DNA of 64,000 bases from Azolla caroliniana (Eukaryota; Plantae; Polypodiophyta), in the NCBI GenBank assembly GCA_043228905.1, contig JBHGNT010000002.1, positions 22,444,001-22,508,000 on the forward strand, read 5' to 3'. The translations under genes were made by a program, and so were the position numbers. Below the pieces are notes generated by a model. The model ran no database searches and was not told the origin of the DNA. It saw nothing but the letters and a program-made list of their open reading frames with translations. Below are positions 36,360 through 51,300 of this stretch, piece by piece. The first letter of the stretch is position 1. The number at the start of each line of letters is the position of its first letter.

Positions 36360-39300
36360 ATGGAACCTTCATCGCACAGCGGCAGCAGAAGACGAAGCTC
36401 CCTCTCCAGAACTCCCCAGCAGCATCAACCACAACAACAGAGGTCCATAGCTTCGTTCTTCACTCCGAAAGCTCTGTCTTCTTCTCCTTCTTCTTCTCCT
36501 TCTCCATCGCTTCCCGCCACGCAGACAAAGAAACCTATCCTTCTTGTTTCTTCTTCTTCTCGACCGAAAAAGCTTCCAGAAACGCAGAATAAGAAGAAGA
36601 AGGTCGGAGACGGTAATGACGATGATGAAGAAGAAGGAGAAAATGAAGCTATGGCGACTCCTTCCGTTGAACAGAGGAAAGAACATGCTGTTTTCGTCGC
36701 GTCTTCTTCTTCATCTGCTTCTCGACCACAAAAGCTTACGAAATCGCAGCACATGATCAGAGACGGTGATGATGAAGAAGAAGCTATTGAAACTTCCTCA
36801 AAACCTGAATTTTCTGATCCCATGGCTTTGATCGGGAGAAAACTCAGAGTTTACTGGCCTCTGGATGATTCTTGGTACAGTGGTTGCGTGAAAGCATACG
36901 AAGATCCTCCATTTCATCGTATTTTATATGATGATGGGGAAGAAGAGGCAATCTGCTTGCAGAAAGAGAAGATCGAGTGGTTACCTTCAACAGTAAAGAA
37001 GGTTGAAACTAGAAGGAAACTAAGAAGATTAAGCTTCATTAAGAAAGCATTTGTGACAGAAGAGGAGATGGAATCTGCCTCTCATTCTGAATCTGAGGGA
37101 GAATGCCCAGGGAGAAAGAGAGGTAGGAAAACGACAAAGCAATCTAATGGATTTGCCAAGAACCTTTGTAATGAGGATGATAAGATGAAAGACAGAAATA
37201 TTTGCAATGATAAAAAGCTAGAGAATGCAGAACTTTATAACGATGACGAGATGGAGGATGTAAAGCCTTGCCATGATGATAAGGCTGAGGATACAGATAT
37301 GCATAAAGATAAGGTCAAGGATAAAAATCTTTGCAATGATAAGCTCAAGCTTACCAAAGACAAGGACGACAGCGTTTCTAGTGAGAGTGGAGATGACAAC
37401 AACGACAGTGATGTTGAGTGGGTTGCAAAAAATGAATCAAGTTCAGAAGAAGATGAAGAAGAACCTGAAAATTCTGATCTTGATGATGTAGTCCATAGGA
37501 CTACAAAAGGAGGAAAGAAGGTCAAAAAACATGGTTTGTTGAGCAAAACGATTAAGAAATCCAGTCCCCAACAAAGAATACTTTGTTCAAAAGCACAGAG
37601 TTCTTCTACCAAAACATCGAACCACAGAGGCAATGCTTCTACCACTGTTGTGAAAACTGTAATAGAGCCACTTGTTCCAAAGAGAAATTTATATGATTCT
37701 ATTGTAACTGCACCTGTTGATAAGATGAATGAACAAAGAAAACAGAGTTGCTCAGGTATTCAAACCAATTGCATCTCTTGATATATTGCTATGAGATTTG
37801 GTCATGTGTTGGAGATATTACTATTATATATGAAAGTGTTGGAGATGTGTGTATGGGTACTACTGCTGTTTGTATTGTTTAATTTTATTCTCCTATTTAT
37901 TTTTAAAAATCTTATTAGATCATGTTGCTGGGTGTGTTATTTAATGTGAAACATAGTTTGGATTGCACAAAAACTGATAATGAGCATTCTAGTTTCTCCC
38001 CAAAGGGGATCCTGCTCTTGTTACCTTAATATAAGCTTATAACATTCGAAACAGTGGGGGGTCGGGAGAGAAGACAATATGTATACAAATAAAATATACA
38101 TAGGAAAGCAGCAATAAGCCAAGGATGAGCTGCAGTAGAAGAGAAGCTAAGGAGTTTCTTAGGTAGGATTAGCTATTCTTTGAAGAAAGAGAGGATTTGA
38201 GCGTCAAGTTGATGAGAAATAGATGAAAACAGAATGATAAACAAATGAAAAATGTTCGAATGAAGGAGAATAGTGGGAGGCTTACCCTTTGCAGCTGTAT
38301 TGCAGAAGCAGACGCATAATTGAAGTGAGTACTATGTGTTCTTTTGTCATTGTCGAAGTGTTGTCATAAATTATATCCAATCTTTGATGGTTCTCTCTAT
38401 GCATTAATTTGGCTTCTCCTGCCTGTTGTGCCTGCTTTGTTTCAACTGCCAACACATCAGTCGACCAATGCAACAATTACATACAGTGCTGTGTTCTATG
38501 CATCGTCAGTGATCTTTGATTTTCTATCTTAGTGCCATTTAGTAACGCAACACATCTAGGGAAAAAGAAGAAGGAAAGAAAGATATGTTAAGGTATCTGA
38601 AAGACCATAATCGCTTTGTGACCTTGCAAAGCTTACAACTTCCGAAGAATGAAAGATATATGAATGTTGCTGAAGGACCATACTGTCTATGAGATGATCA
38701 AGGGGAGCTACAAAAGAGAGGCAGAAGATATATCAGGAACAAGAGTCAAAGAAAGCTGGAGGGCAGTTGTAGCAGTGGAGTAGTTTCAGCATTGGCAGCA
38801 TAGGTTTTCTATCCAAGTAAAAATTAGCAGTGGACAGTGGACTTGTGCCAAATGCAGGACGTCTCCCAAGAATATTCTTTGGAATGATTTCTTATCTATT
38901 ATCTACATCATGTTTGTATGAAAGGGAATGATCTCTCTTTCCCTTGTGGATGATTGCATTATCCCTCAGTGCAGTGCAGGATGCGTCATAAAGATGTGCA
39001 TTGGAGTGATTCCTTATGTATTTGTGTCAATCACTTTTTTGTATGAAAGAGTATTTGTGGATAACTCCACTGTCTCCCGGTGTTGGATATGCCTACAAAC
39101 ATACCCTAGGAAATGAATTCCTTATCTATTATGAAAGAGAGTAGTACCTCGTTCCTTTGTGGATGACTTTAACCACCTTCCCTCTGTGGAGACTCATGCA
39201 TAAAGCCACCATTTTTGACGATCAACTCACAGAAGCTCATTAAAATTTGAAATCACGGAGAGATTCAGTCCATTTGAGGAACCTAACCTGTCTTATCATT

Positions 39301-42300
39301 TCAAACCTGTATTAGTATGGGCACTTTGGAGTGTTTGAGTTGCCTGAAAAATGTGGTCGATTAATTCAGGCTCCTACTATGGATCCATGTTTTCTTGTTT
39401 CATCTTTATGAAATTAAAATGTATTCTGTTTGTTAAGAGAAAATGATGTTTTATATAGAATCTAGATGCTGAGCTTGGTAATATACCTTGAGAGCCTGGA
39501 TAAGAATCTGCATCGCAAAGTAGGAATTCATTTTTTATTAATTGTGTAGATTTAAAAAATGTTTTTTGTTTTTAATGGTTCTTGTAGGATTGACTAGGGA
39601 TATGACTGTTTGTCTTACTGGGGAAGCATCAGAAAGGTTTGGGCATAGAGCTGCTGAAAGGTTCAAGTTTCTCGAGAAGTATGTTTTTAACTCTGTTATT
39701 TTTGCCTTGTGCATACTATTTCTAGGGTATTCAAGTGTTCACATCTTTATGTTCACTGAGCAGAAATCGGAAAGATGCATCTGGGAGGCATCCAAGTGAT
39801 CCAGAGTATGATCCTCGAACACTCCATTTACCAGCCGACTTTTTAAAAGGACTTTCAGGTTGCCAGGTGTGAAAATCAGCATTATTTTCTGACATCATTG
39901 CCTCCTACATGTTTTAAGTTATCTTCTAAAGGTGTTACCCTTTGCAGAGACAATGGTGGGAATTTAAGTCAAAGCACATGGATAAAGTGCTTCTTTTCAA
40001 GGTTGGTTCAAGGAATAGAAAATTCCTCCTCTGTTGCTTACTTTTTTCATGTGTCTCATGAGAGCATTCTCATTTTTGACAGATGGGAAAGTTCTATGAG
40101 TTGTTTGAAATGGATGCACATGTTGGGGCCCAACACCTTGATTTGCAGTATATGAGGGTGCGTATAATAGCATATATGACATGAAATGAATGATGGCTTA
40201 CATCCAAACGAGGACACTGTCTGAATTGTAGTGAACATATATTCTGGCTGGTTATAAGAATTCTAACATCCAAAACTTGTCAAATATTCCACCCAGAACA
40301 TATCTGTGGGATACAAACTTGTTCATATCATCTCTGATTTCCAAGAGACAGAAGGGCCTTGACTTAAGCCAAAAGATGTTTTCTTGGTTGAAGGTTTCTC
40401 AGGTGATGTTGCACTAATTTGAAAGATTCTCCTCTCTTGATGGACTGAGATATGAATCATATGTCTTTTATATAACTGCAGATTAGTGCTGTTTTATTTT
40501 CTGTGCAGATTAGGCCATAGATGCTACCTTACGTTTCATTGACATGCTTGAATATATTGAATTTTCAGAAACTTTCTAATTCTGCTGTATGAGACATTGG
40601 TTCTGGTGGTAGCTTTAGACCATAGTATAGGAACATCTACTGTTTCCATGCTTTCTTTTGTTTTAGATGATTTTTCCATTCCTTGATTCCTCTGTTTGTT
40701 GTTTTGCTGGGATGAATTGGAGTCAGTGCATCCTTAAGAGTTCCTTTTAAATAGTACATTGACTAATTTGATGACATCCATAATGATTTTTGAGATTGGA
40801 CTGCCAAAGATAAAAAATTCAGGCTTGCTGATCACATTGGAATTAATTATGAAATCCTTTTTCTTTCATTATAGGGCGATCAGCCTCATTGTGGGTTTCC
40901 TGAAAAGAATTTTGAAGAGAATGCAGGCAAACTGGCTAGACTGGTAAATCACTATTGACAATTTGCGAGCATATTTTTAGTGTTGCTGGAGCTTGCAAGA
41001 TAATGGTGGACATTTCCAGGGCTTTCGTGTCCTAGTTGTGGAGCAAGTTGAGACCCCTGAACAAAGAGAACAACGCAATATAAAGCTAGGCACAAAAGAC
41101 AAGGCATACCATCATTCTAATCTTTGGGATTTCTAGGATAAATGGAAGTGGTTTTGTTATGTGTATCTCATCTATGGCTCTGACATTTGCATGTTAGGTT
41201 GTGAAGCGAGATATATGTGCAGTCATTACTAAAGGAACAATTACTGAGGGAGATATGCTTGCATCAACTCCTGATGCTGCGTACCTTATGACTGTATTTG
41301 AAATTTTGAACGAAGAAAGTCCGGATGCTACTTCAACGATAGGATTGTGCTTTCTTGATGCTGCAACGAGCCGGTTTACGATAGGCCAAGTATTTTATTC
41401 TCCCTGGATCCATGTTGTGATTTGAAGTTTTTGCAATGACTAGAGTACTTTTGGCATTCTATAAGTAGTGCATGATGCACTGTATTTCAGTTTGTAGATG
41501 ACAAGGCAAGGTCACGACTACGGTCAATTCTCTCTGAGCTCAGACCTGTTGAGCTTGTGCAACCAGATGACTTGCTCTCAGTTGAAACAGAGAGAGCTTT
41601 GACGGAGCAGACAAGAAATGCATTAGTCACAAAGCTTAGTCCCAGTTTGGAGTTCTGGAACTCTGAGAAGACAATTCATGAAATAACATTCTTCTATAAG
41701 GAGAAGAAAAAAGAGACCAACAACAGAAGCTCTAGGGTTATGGATGACCCTGAAAATGAGGTGACATTGGTCTTACCAGACTTCCTAAGGTCCCTATTTA
41801 ATGCTTCTTCTAATGGGAAAGCTGCAATTTGTGCGCTGGGAGGTTGCTTTTTCTACTTAAAGCAGGCTTTGCTTGACCAACGGTTGCTGAATTCAGGCCG
41901 ATTTGAACTCCTTCCTGGATCAGATCAATTTCTAGAGCTGCAAGCAGGAGATAACATATGTTCCAGTATAGGTGACATATTTGCTGATAAATCAGAACCT
42001 TTTATGCTACTTGATAGCTCGGCTCTAGAAAATCTTGAGATATTGGAGAATAATCAAGATGGTGGGACATCAGGGTAAGGCTATTGTATAATAGGCCATG
42101 GATTTAACTTGATTAGCAATATAGCAGGTGCTTTCTGTGACAAACTTAAAGGAAATCTTTTGCAACTTTGCAATAAACCATATCTAAAATTACAATATAA
42201 CTAAGAAATTTAATATCATATCTAAGTAAAGCATATTGTGCGGCCAAAGAAAAACTGCAGAGTGCACTATATTCAGAATGTAACAAATCAAATAACACAT

Positions 42301-45300
42301 GCTTTTGGGTCGGATGCAATTTTCTATAACATTAGATTGAAAGTTGTATTTGGATAATTGACAGGACACTTTTAGCACAAATAGATCATTGTGTTACAGC
42401 CTTTGGACGCCGTCTACTCAAACAATGGGTTGTTCGTCCTTTATTTAATCCTGATTCAATTCGGGATAGACAAAATGCTATTGAAGATATCAAGGTATGT
42501 GAAATCATAGTGCTAAACAATGCAATTTCCTTTAAATGTACTTTTTTGTCAATAAACTTAGGCTGGTACTTTGTTATTCTACATGGCCACTACCTTTGTG
42601 CGTATTGAATATTTAAGATTCATGGAACCATGACTCATTTGTAGTTCGATTTTGTACTTTAAAACACATTAGTTAGTCGGTGGATTATATTTCTAGCTAT
42701 GGTTCATTATACTTGAAATACTTTATGAGTCCTGGGTATGTGAACTAAGATTTATTCCTGCTGCTGAGAAGAGGATTGTGGCATAGGATATATTATGCGG
42801 TGGATAAAGCAATCAGGTGGAGAACCACCAAAAGAAGTTGCGTAAGTTATTGGAGATGTATTCTTCCTTGATGATTAGCACCTACTCCCTCTGGGTTGCA
42901 TTTTCCTGAGGTGAATCAGTGAGGCCACCACCTTGATATATTTTCTAGAAAACCTTGATCGCAACAGACAGGTTGATCCACACTCTCAGGAGTTCATAAG
43001 ATGTATTTATTGCCACAAGTAGAGCTTCCGACAAAAGATGCACTCTGAGTTTGCTTTCTAAACATGATCTATTATGTGGTGCTATAGGTTACATGAGCAA
43101 TGTGTTTTACATCTGCTCATCATGCCACTTAGCATTTTTCTGCGTGCACACTGCATATCATAGAGTACCTATGGATGCTATGTGATTTGGTGACTAAAAT
43201 CAGTGTTGCTTGGCTGAGAAGGAATGTTCAATTGTGCTGTTCTGAGAAGATAAGGTTTGATTCTTATGAGCAGGTATTATTTTGAAGACTAAATTTACTA
43301 TTGATTGTGGGATAATTGTGGTGTCCTTTAAGTTGAGAAATTCTGATGGGCTGGCACAAATCCTTCTTGAGTTTGGTTAATGATGGGGATCACACTATGC
43401 GAGATTCTATGTGAACTATACAAGGGCATAGAAATCTGGCTATTTGGATAACCTTTTTGCTATTGAGTGCCAAATAAAAAAACTACTTTAGTACCGGGTT
43501 TAATCGTGCATGCACTTCTCATGACATTCTCTGTTTGAGCATGTATGATATTGATAGTGCCCTCTCAAGAAGACCTCCTTGTTGGCAAGTTACAGCCATA
43601 TGCATGAGTCTTGAATACCTACGCACCGTGCCAAATGTATTGAACATGGTCATGAAATCTGTGCTAGGAGAATAATGCCTCCCAACAACTTTTTCCTAAA
43701 AGGGACCAGAGTGGGTTGAGTGGCTTATAAATCTGCACTAATACCTCGGTAATTTCAGTAAATCTGCATTAACTAGACTAAACACATCAGACATCAATAC
43801 TAGATTATCCATGATGCCTAGTATAAGCTATTAGTAATTTATCATGCACCATGACTTTTTGCCTTATGGAGCTTGAGTTGAGATGGAAGTTATTGAATGG
43901 TTAGGTAGTTGGACCGATGGGTCTTTTTGAAAATGTTATTAGGGACACTTTAGGCCTGCCTTTTTGTTTGATTCATATCTTGATTCAAAGTTGGTTCATG
44001 AAGGGAATAGCAGCTGATGGAGTATCTAAGTTTAAGAAAGATCTTCTGAAGCTTCCAGACATGGAGCGATTGGTTGTTCGCCTTAAAGCTTGCAAGTGCA
44101 TTTCTAACCTTTGACTTTTGCTGTTAGGGTGTGCTAGTGAATGATTTTCATTTATTGATGAATAATGAAAATTTCAACATGTCACTGATAACTTGAGAAA
44201 TTTTGTTTTCTTTCAGTGAGAAAAGTGGTAGAAATGCTCAGGGGGTTGTATTATATGAAGATGCAGCGAAAAAATTATTAAAAGAATTTCTAGGTGCGCT
44301 CAATGGATTTCAGACAATTGTCCAGATTTTATCATCATTTTCTTCTATCTCAAGCCAGTTCCAGTCATGGAGATTACGGTTATTACTATCTCAAGGTAGA
44401 ACAAAGCATCGAGACCTTAAAACAAGAAAACATGTAACCTTCAAGGCAGTCTGTTAACATTATGTTTACTACCAGGAGAGGGTATGCCGAATATCATGCC
44501 TGCGATAAAATATTTTGAAGATGCGTTTGACTGGGCTGATGCTGAAAAAACTGGTCGCATAACACCACATGAAGGTGTTGATTCAGATTTTGATCTGGGA
44601 TCTGCAAATATCACAAAAATTAAGAGGAAATTAGAGGCATATTTAAAAGAGCAGCAAGAATATTTCAAAAGCCAAGCTGTAAGAGCCTTTCTTTAGTGCC
44701 TATCAAAGTTGGAACTTGCCTTATGTTCTCTGTTGCCATAATCATCGAAAGATGAATGTGTCCATGTACCTCCATTAATAAAGATTCTACCTTCCCATTC
44801 TTACATGTGTACTTCCTGTTTCTCGGGGTTTCTTTTGTTACCTTTCAGTCATTTGCTTTGTTTTGGTTATCATGTTCATCTTGGCCATCTTGCTCATGTT
44901 TTTTTATGTGCTGCCTTCTTACCGATGGTTTCTCATGATAGATAGATACATTGTACATAAGTTCCACAGCTTTTCAAGCCATTTTGTACCTGTTTATTTC
45001 CAGGTTGCGTTTGTTACAGTTGGAAAAGATCGATATCAGTTGGAGATTCCAGAGTCTGTCCAGAAAAAAGTGCCACGTGATTACGAAGTGATGTCATCAA
45101 GAAAGGTATATTCTTGGACTACAAATCATGTTTATGTTCCAGCTGATCATTCTTTTTCCATATATGACTTCTTTTTTTCCATTTGTAGTTGTGATTGTGA
45201 TGTGGTTTGAATCACTTTAAATGATAGTGAGTGATTTCAATCTGTTGTGTAATCAATTGTCAATTTGTTGGAATCAAAATCTCTGTACACCATTTACTTA

Positions 45301-48300
45301 CTGACTGGGAGCAAATGCAAACTTTAATATAGACATACCAAGCTGACGATATGTTGAATCATGAGTAATTATGCAACTAGACATAATCCCCTTTTGAAAA
45401 TTTATTTCTATTCTTTCATGAACGTTTACTCTGTTTACCTCCCATTTTATCTGGGCATTTGGACAGAGATTCAAGATTCCAGTTTCATGAGAGACTCTTG
45501 CTCATCTTTAAGGGCTCAGACTAGAGAGTGCTACCACATATGAAAAGATTTAAAGCCTCTCATTGGCATTGAATGAATGTTATACTATGAGACTCTTAAA
45601 TTTATATGATGTGATCTCTGTAAGGATTGTGAGTACTGATAAAATAGCAAATAGTGATTAAAGACGCTGGAGGGGTAGACTCAAAACATGGAGAACAATA
45701 GGATCCTACCAAGGAATAATGGACCTAAATGCAATGAAGGCTATAACCCAATGAACAACGGAAAGGATGGAGAGATGTGTGTGATGCAGGCTATAACCAA
45801 GTGAGATGCCACTCCCAGTGCAGCAAGCACAAGGAAACACTCTAACTTGATCCAACCAGCATAAATCCTACAGTACCAGCCCATCAAAGGCTTAGAGATA
45901 GCCTGAAGTAATAGGCCAAAGGGAAGAAACAGATCCTTACTGGTGTAATCTCTCCATCTGATGCAATGGAGGGTAATCTCATGCTTTTGTCTTGGGAAGT
46001 GGTGAACATTTCTGTTTCATGTTTTGTCTTGACCTCAAGTCTTTCTCTATTCTCACAGATTCTTGCAATGCAGGATAGAATTTCAGGAATTGCTTCTCCT
46101 AGTCTTTTTACCACCTTTTTTATTTGGAATTTTGTCCTTCTCTACTAAGCTGGATGCTGATCTAATGAGACTTTTTCTATTATGCAAGTTATCTAGAAAT
46201 ATGTATGGAAATCGACATTAGTTATGAGTTACATCAAACGGCAATCATATATACATTTGGTCCTTTGGACTGGGGGCCTGTTTTACAGGGTTTCAAGAGA
46301 TATTTGACGCAACCAGTAAAGGAATTGGTCCAGGATCTAGTCTCTGAGGAAGATCGGAAAGAAGAAGCTGTCAAGAACATAATGCATGGGTTATTGGCAC
46401 GTTTCTGTGAAACCTATACCTCTTGGCTATTTGTTATCCGTGTAGTAGCAGGTGTCTTTTTGTCCATTGTCTTTTGAGGGGTAACTCTGAAATACTCCCG
46501 TAATTTTTGTTACTTCCCCATGCCCTTCCTCAACCCTCTGAACAGAGAAAAGGGAATGAATTGACCATATTATTGCTCAAATAATGCCTATACTTTCTTG
46601 TTCAGAGGTTGACCAAGGTCATTTGGAGAAATAAGGAAAACCTCAGGGCGTTTGTGGAAATAACAAAAAACTTGGGTATTTCAGAATTTCTAACCTTATT
46701 TTTCCCTGAAGATGTATTTTCTCTGAGATCTAGTACTAAAACTGGTGGCTCTATTGTGATGTGTTTTTGCAGAGCTTGATGCTCTCATTAGTCTTTCTAT
46801 TGCAAGCAGTTGTATAATGGGGAGCACTTGCAAGCCAGTAATTTGTTGCCATTCTGATAACTCAGCACCATTGCTTATTGCAAAGGGGTTAAGGCATCCG
46901 ATCCTTGAAAGCAGCCTAGATGGTGGTCAATGTTTTGTTCCAAATGATATCAATCTAGGAGGGGAAAATCATGCACCATTCATGCTCTTGACTGGGCCAA
47001 ATATGGGTGGAAAGTCCACACTTATTCGTCAAGTTTGTTTGGCAATAATCTTAGCTCAGGTATGAGGGTAAAATATTGCACGCTTGTCTGCATTGTTTAG
47101 GGAATTTACCGAAAATACCCGTAATATTATTGAAACTTCCAAATTACCCATCATTTTTCCCAATTCCAAAAGTTTCCTCTCTGCAGTTTCCTTCTCTCTC
47201 TAAATTTTATTTATTCATAATTATGTTTTTTCGTCTTCCAAGATAAGACAACACTTTCAGATGTGATTTATCTGTCTCTCTCTTCTTATGCCTTATATGC
47301 CATTTTGGACATACAAGAGATTCAAATATATCTTTCTGGAGACAACGTTTCGGGTGTTATCTCTCTCTGATCAATGACCAATATCCAATGGCATTTGGGA
47401 GCTCCCAAGATAAAGGTACTCAATGTTGGTACTTATGTCATCAAAATAACTTATTGAACATGGAGATATTCATTGTTGGTATGCTGAAACCCAACAATGG
47501 TTCATGATATGGCATAAACTGTGAGAAAGTCTGCTAATAACATCAGTGGAACAGTTGGAAGCAGAATAAACACAGCCAAACTGTGAGAAGGCTGTTAGGA
47601 AGCAGTAGCAAAATAGTTGTAAAATGTAGAGACACAGCCAAAGAGCAGAGCCTGTTTGTAAGTAGCAGCAAAAATAAAAGTTCTTACAATAGAGGCTGGT
47701 GTAGAAAATGCAGAGATCTTAGACGAACTCTCATACAGCAAGATCACTTAGAAGACTTAAGGAAAAATTAGTAGATTAGGAAAAACGAGCTTTTGATTAC
47801 AAAGATGTAGAATGGTTTATATAACTAATATCTACAGGTAGCCCAATGGTCTCTTAATTTGGTTTACACTATTCTAACTATGTTCACACCAAACAGTTAC
47901 TTAACCAGGCCCACACTATTCTAACTATGTTTACACCAAAGCTTTCATAGGATACACATTAAGTGTAACAAACTCCTGAAGTGAATGTTATGAACTTGAA
48001 TGTTGTTACTATCCAGGTGTTGGAAGAATGCTCGATTCCTTGGGAAAATATTCTAACTTTCTCTGGATAGAGCGTTTGTAAAAATATCTGCAACATTTTC
48101 GTGAGTTAAAATAGATGAATTGCCTTCTCTATAGAAGAGATTGAAATCCATAGTACCTTTGAGGTAACGGAAAACCCAATTGGCTGCTTGCCAATGCTTT
48201 GTTCCATGGCTTTCCATAAACCTGCGTAATTGCGAAACTACATATTGAATGTCAGGTCATGTATTGCATAAAAATATCAAACAACCTACAGCTTGCTGGT

Positions 48301-51300
48301 ATAAGAGTACATCAGTTGGTTCTCCTTTGTCTTGATATGAGAATTTGAAACCTGCTTCTACAGGAGTTGAGATTGGCTTGCACTCTTCAAACTTAATTTG
48401 TTGTTAGGAGCTTCTCAATGTACTTTCGTTGACTCAAAAAAATGCCCCCCTCAACAGAAATGAATTGAATGCTGAGGTAGTAATGGAGATGCTCAAGATC
48501 TGTAAGTTCAAATATCTCACTAAGATTAGCTTTAAAATGTACAATTTCTTGCTCATTAGACTGTGATTAGCAAATCATCAACATAAAGCACAACAATTAG
48601 TAATTTTTCATGGCTCAAGTTCTCATTTCATGGCTTCAAGCCAATGGTCATATCCTAATGCATCCTCAAGAGAGTGTGGCTCCTCATCACAAATTTCAGC
48701 GATAAGAGCATGATGCACATAATGCAGTTCAGCTTGCTGATTGGTTGACCAGGTTTTACCCTGAAGAGGAAAAAGGAGTTTGCAGTCCATAAGGGTGTTG
48801 ATCAGTGATTTAGGAACTGTTCTTGCTTGCTTAGAATAGGCTTGCTCTTCCTCCAATTCCATGTCAAATCGTGCTGGTTAATGACCTGTAAATCAACATT
48901 GTTATCAACATGTTGGGAATAAAGGGCCATCGTGCCTTTTATTAGTGCACTCATAGCAAAACAATTTAAAAAAAGTGGTACACTCTTTGTACCCAAGAAA
49001 AGGTGCATCTCTCTCTCTCTGGTTGACCTAAATCCTAATACTCGTACTGCCCTTCAAACTGGTATCAGAGTGAAGCAGAGCAGGTCATTCTTTTTCTGTA
49101 GAGCAGGTTTAGGGTTTAGGGTTTTCTGCAGAGCAATTCTTTTTTCTGCAGAGAAGGGCAAGAAGATGCACATGCAAGAAGGCTATTGGCACTAAGTGGG
49201 TATATAAGCTGAAGCGTAAACCTGATGGAATGGTTGACAGGTATAAGGCTAGGCTTGGTGCGAAAGGTTATGCCCAAGAAAAAGGCATTGATTTTGATGA
49301 GACCTTTGCTCCCATCTGTGCAATTGCAGCTCATTGTGGTTGGAATGTACATCAGGTGGACATTAAAACAAAATTTCTAAATGGTGATCTTCATGAGGAA
49401 GTGTATGTATCTCAGCCCCGTAGTTTTGTGCAAAAAGGGCATGAACACAAAGTGTGCAGGTGCAGAAAGGCATTATATGGCTTGAAGCAAGCACAGGGTT
49501 CTTGGTATGAAAAGATACATCCCTATTTGACACATTATTGAAGTGTTTTGGCCTTGAAGACTGTAAACCTAGTGCCACTCCCATGGAGACGGGTTTACGT
49601 TTGAGCCTTCGTGATGCTGGAGATGCATTTGATGTTGTTCTTTATCAGCAAGCAATTGGATACTTGATTTACTTATGCATAACCCGACCTGATATTCAGT
49701 TTGTTGTCTCTCAGATGAGGAGGTTGTGAAGCGGAGTATAGGTCAGGTTTCACAGCTACAGTTGAGTGTGTGTGGCTCAGACGCCTTTTTAGCTGATATT
49801 GGTGTTACTCAATCTTCTGCCACCACCAACTTCACTGACAGTCAAAGCGCATTGGCAGTTGCGAGGAACCTTGTGTTCCATGCTCGCACTAAGCACATTG
49901 AGGTGCATTATTACTATGTCAAGGAAAGGTTCTCTGCCAGGGAGATCAGTTTGGCTTATGTGCCCACGCAGTAGAACATTTCAGTAGTGATGTGTGTGAA
50001 CACACTTTTGACTACATGGGCATGTTTTCCCTCTTTAGGAGGTTTTTTCCCCGTCTATAAATACTCTCAGAACCCTAAAGTGGGTAAGTTTTTGTGATTC
50101 AAAACAAGAATCCAACATTTTAAAAGACACTAAGATATCTTTCATCTTTCTTTTTCTTGTTTGGTCTCATATCACAACCTTCTCTAGAACCATCACCCTG
50201 CAACTTTTCTAATATAGTATATTTATTTTGGTTTGTTCTCAAAGACGGGCAACATTTTAATATTTATCTCTCATTTGGTCTCATATTGTTTTGTTATGCA
50301 GGTTGGGGCTGATGTTCCCGCTAGTGAGTTCCAATTTTCCCCTATTGACCGAGTTTTTGTACGCATGGGTGCAAAAGATCACATCATGTCTTCTCAAAGC
50401 ACATTCCTTGTTGAGCTTCTCGAAACAGCATCTATGCTGGTATTATCCATTACATTATTGAACCTTCTTATGATCCATTACATTATTTTTTTAATTATCT
50501 TGGAATTTGGCTGCTTTCTGCTAGACTTGTGCTACACGGAACTCATTGGTAGCATTAGATGAGCTTGGAAGAGGTACTGCAACATCTGATGGGCAAGCAT
50601 TAGCGTATGTTAGCATACATCGCATTCTAACTGCTTTTCTTAAAGCACCATGATTCCATTCTTTCATCTCAAGATTGGTTTCTGTTTCAGGCATGCTGTA
50701 CTTGAGCATCTTGCGAAAAATATTCGATGTCTAGGGTTGTTTTCAACACACTATCATCGCCTCGCAGCTGACCATGCTAATGATCCATTGGTAATTTGCT
50801 TGTTTTATGCTTGTCTAGGGTTGTTTATGGTTTTTTGCTAATGTCAAATTCTTGGAACCCACTACAAGTGATATCCTTGCAACACAATTGGTGTTTAAGA
50901 GTTCATGTATATGATAATCTCATGTTCAGAAAACATCTAGAAACATGTCTCTAAAAATGTCTTCTGAAATCTCATACATCTATATTGTCAACGCATTTGA
51001 GATTCTATCAATGACCAATAAATGGAATAGTTACTACATGCCACATGCGCATTTGTGTTCATCCACCAAGAGCATGAATATTCTAAAATGAACGCTTTAA
51101 ATTAGGTTTGTGGACTCTTTGAGCTAAACTAAATCACAAACAATTAATTGTTTTCAGATTGCTCTGCATCACATGGGTTGCAAAGTAGAAGCAAAAGATG
51201 GGGTGGAAAAAGTCACATTTCTGTATAGACTTGCAGATGGTTCATGTCCCAAGAGCTATGGTGTGAATGTAGCTCGTATTGCAGGTATGAGAATATGTAA

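Noticed and set aside
36369-37645. Antisense ORFs over MSH6 exon 1 (105-136 aa)
   Set aside because: These are low-complexity shadows of the Ser/Glu/Lys-rich sense exon.
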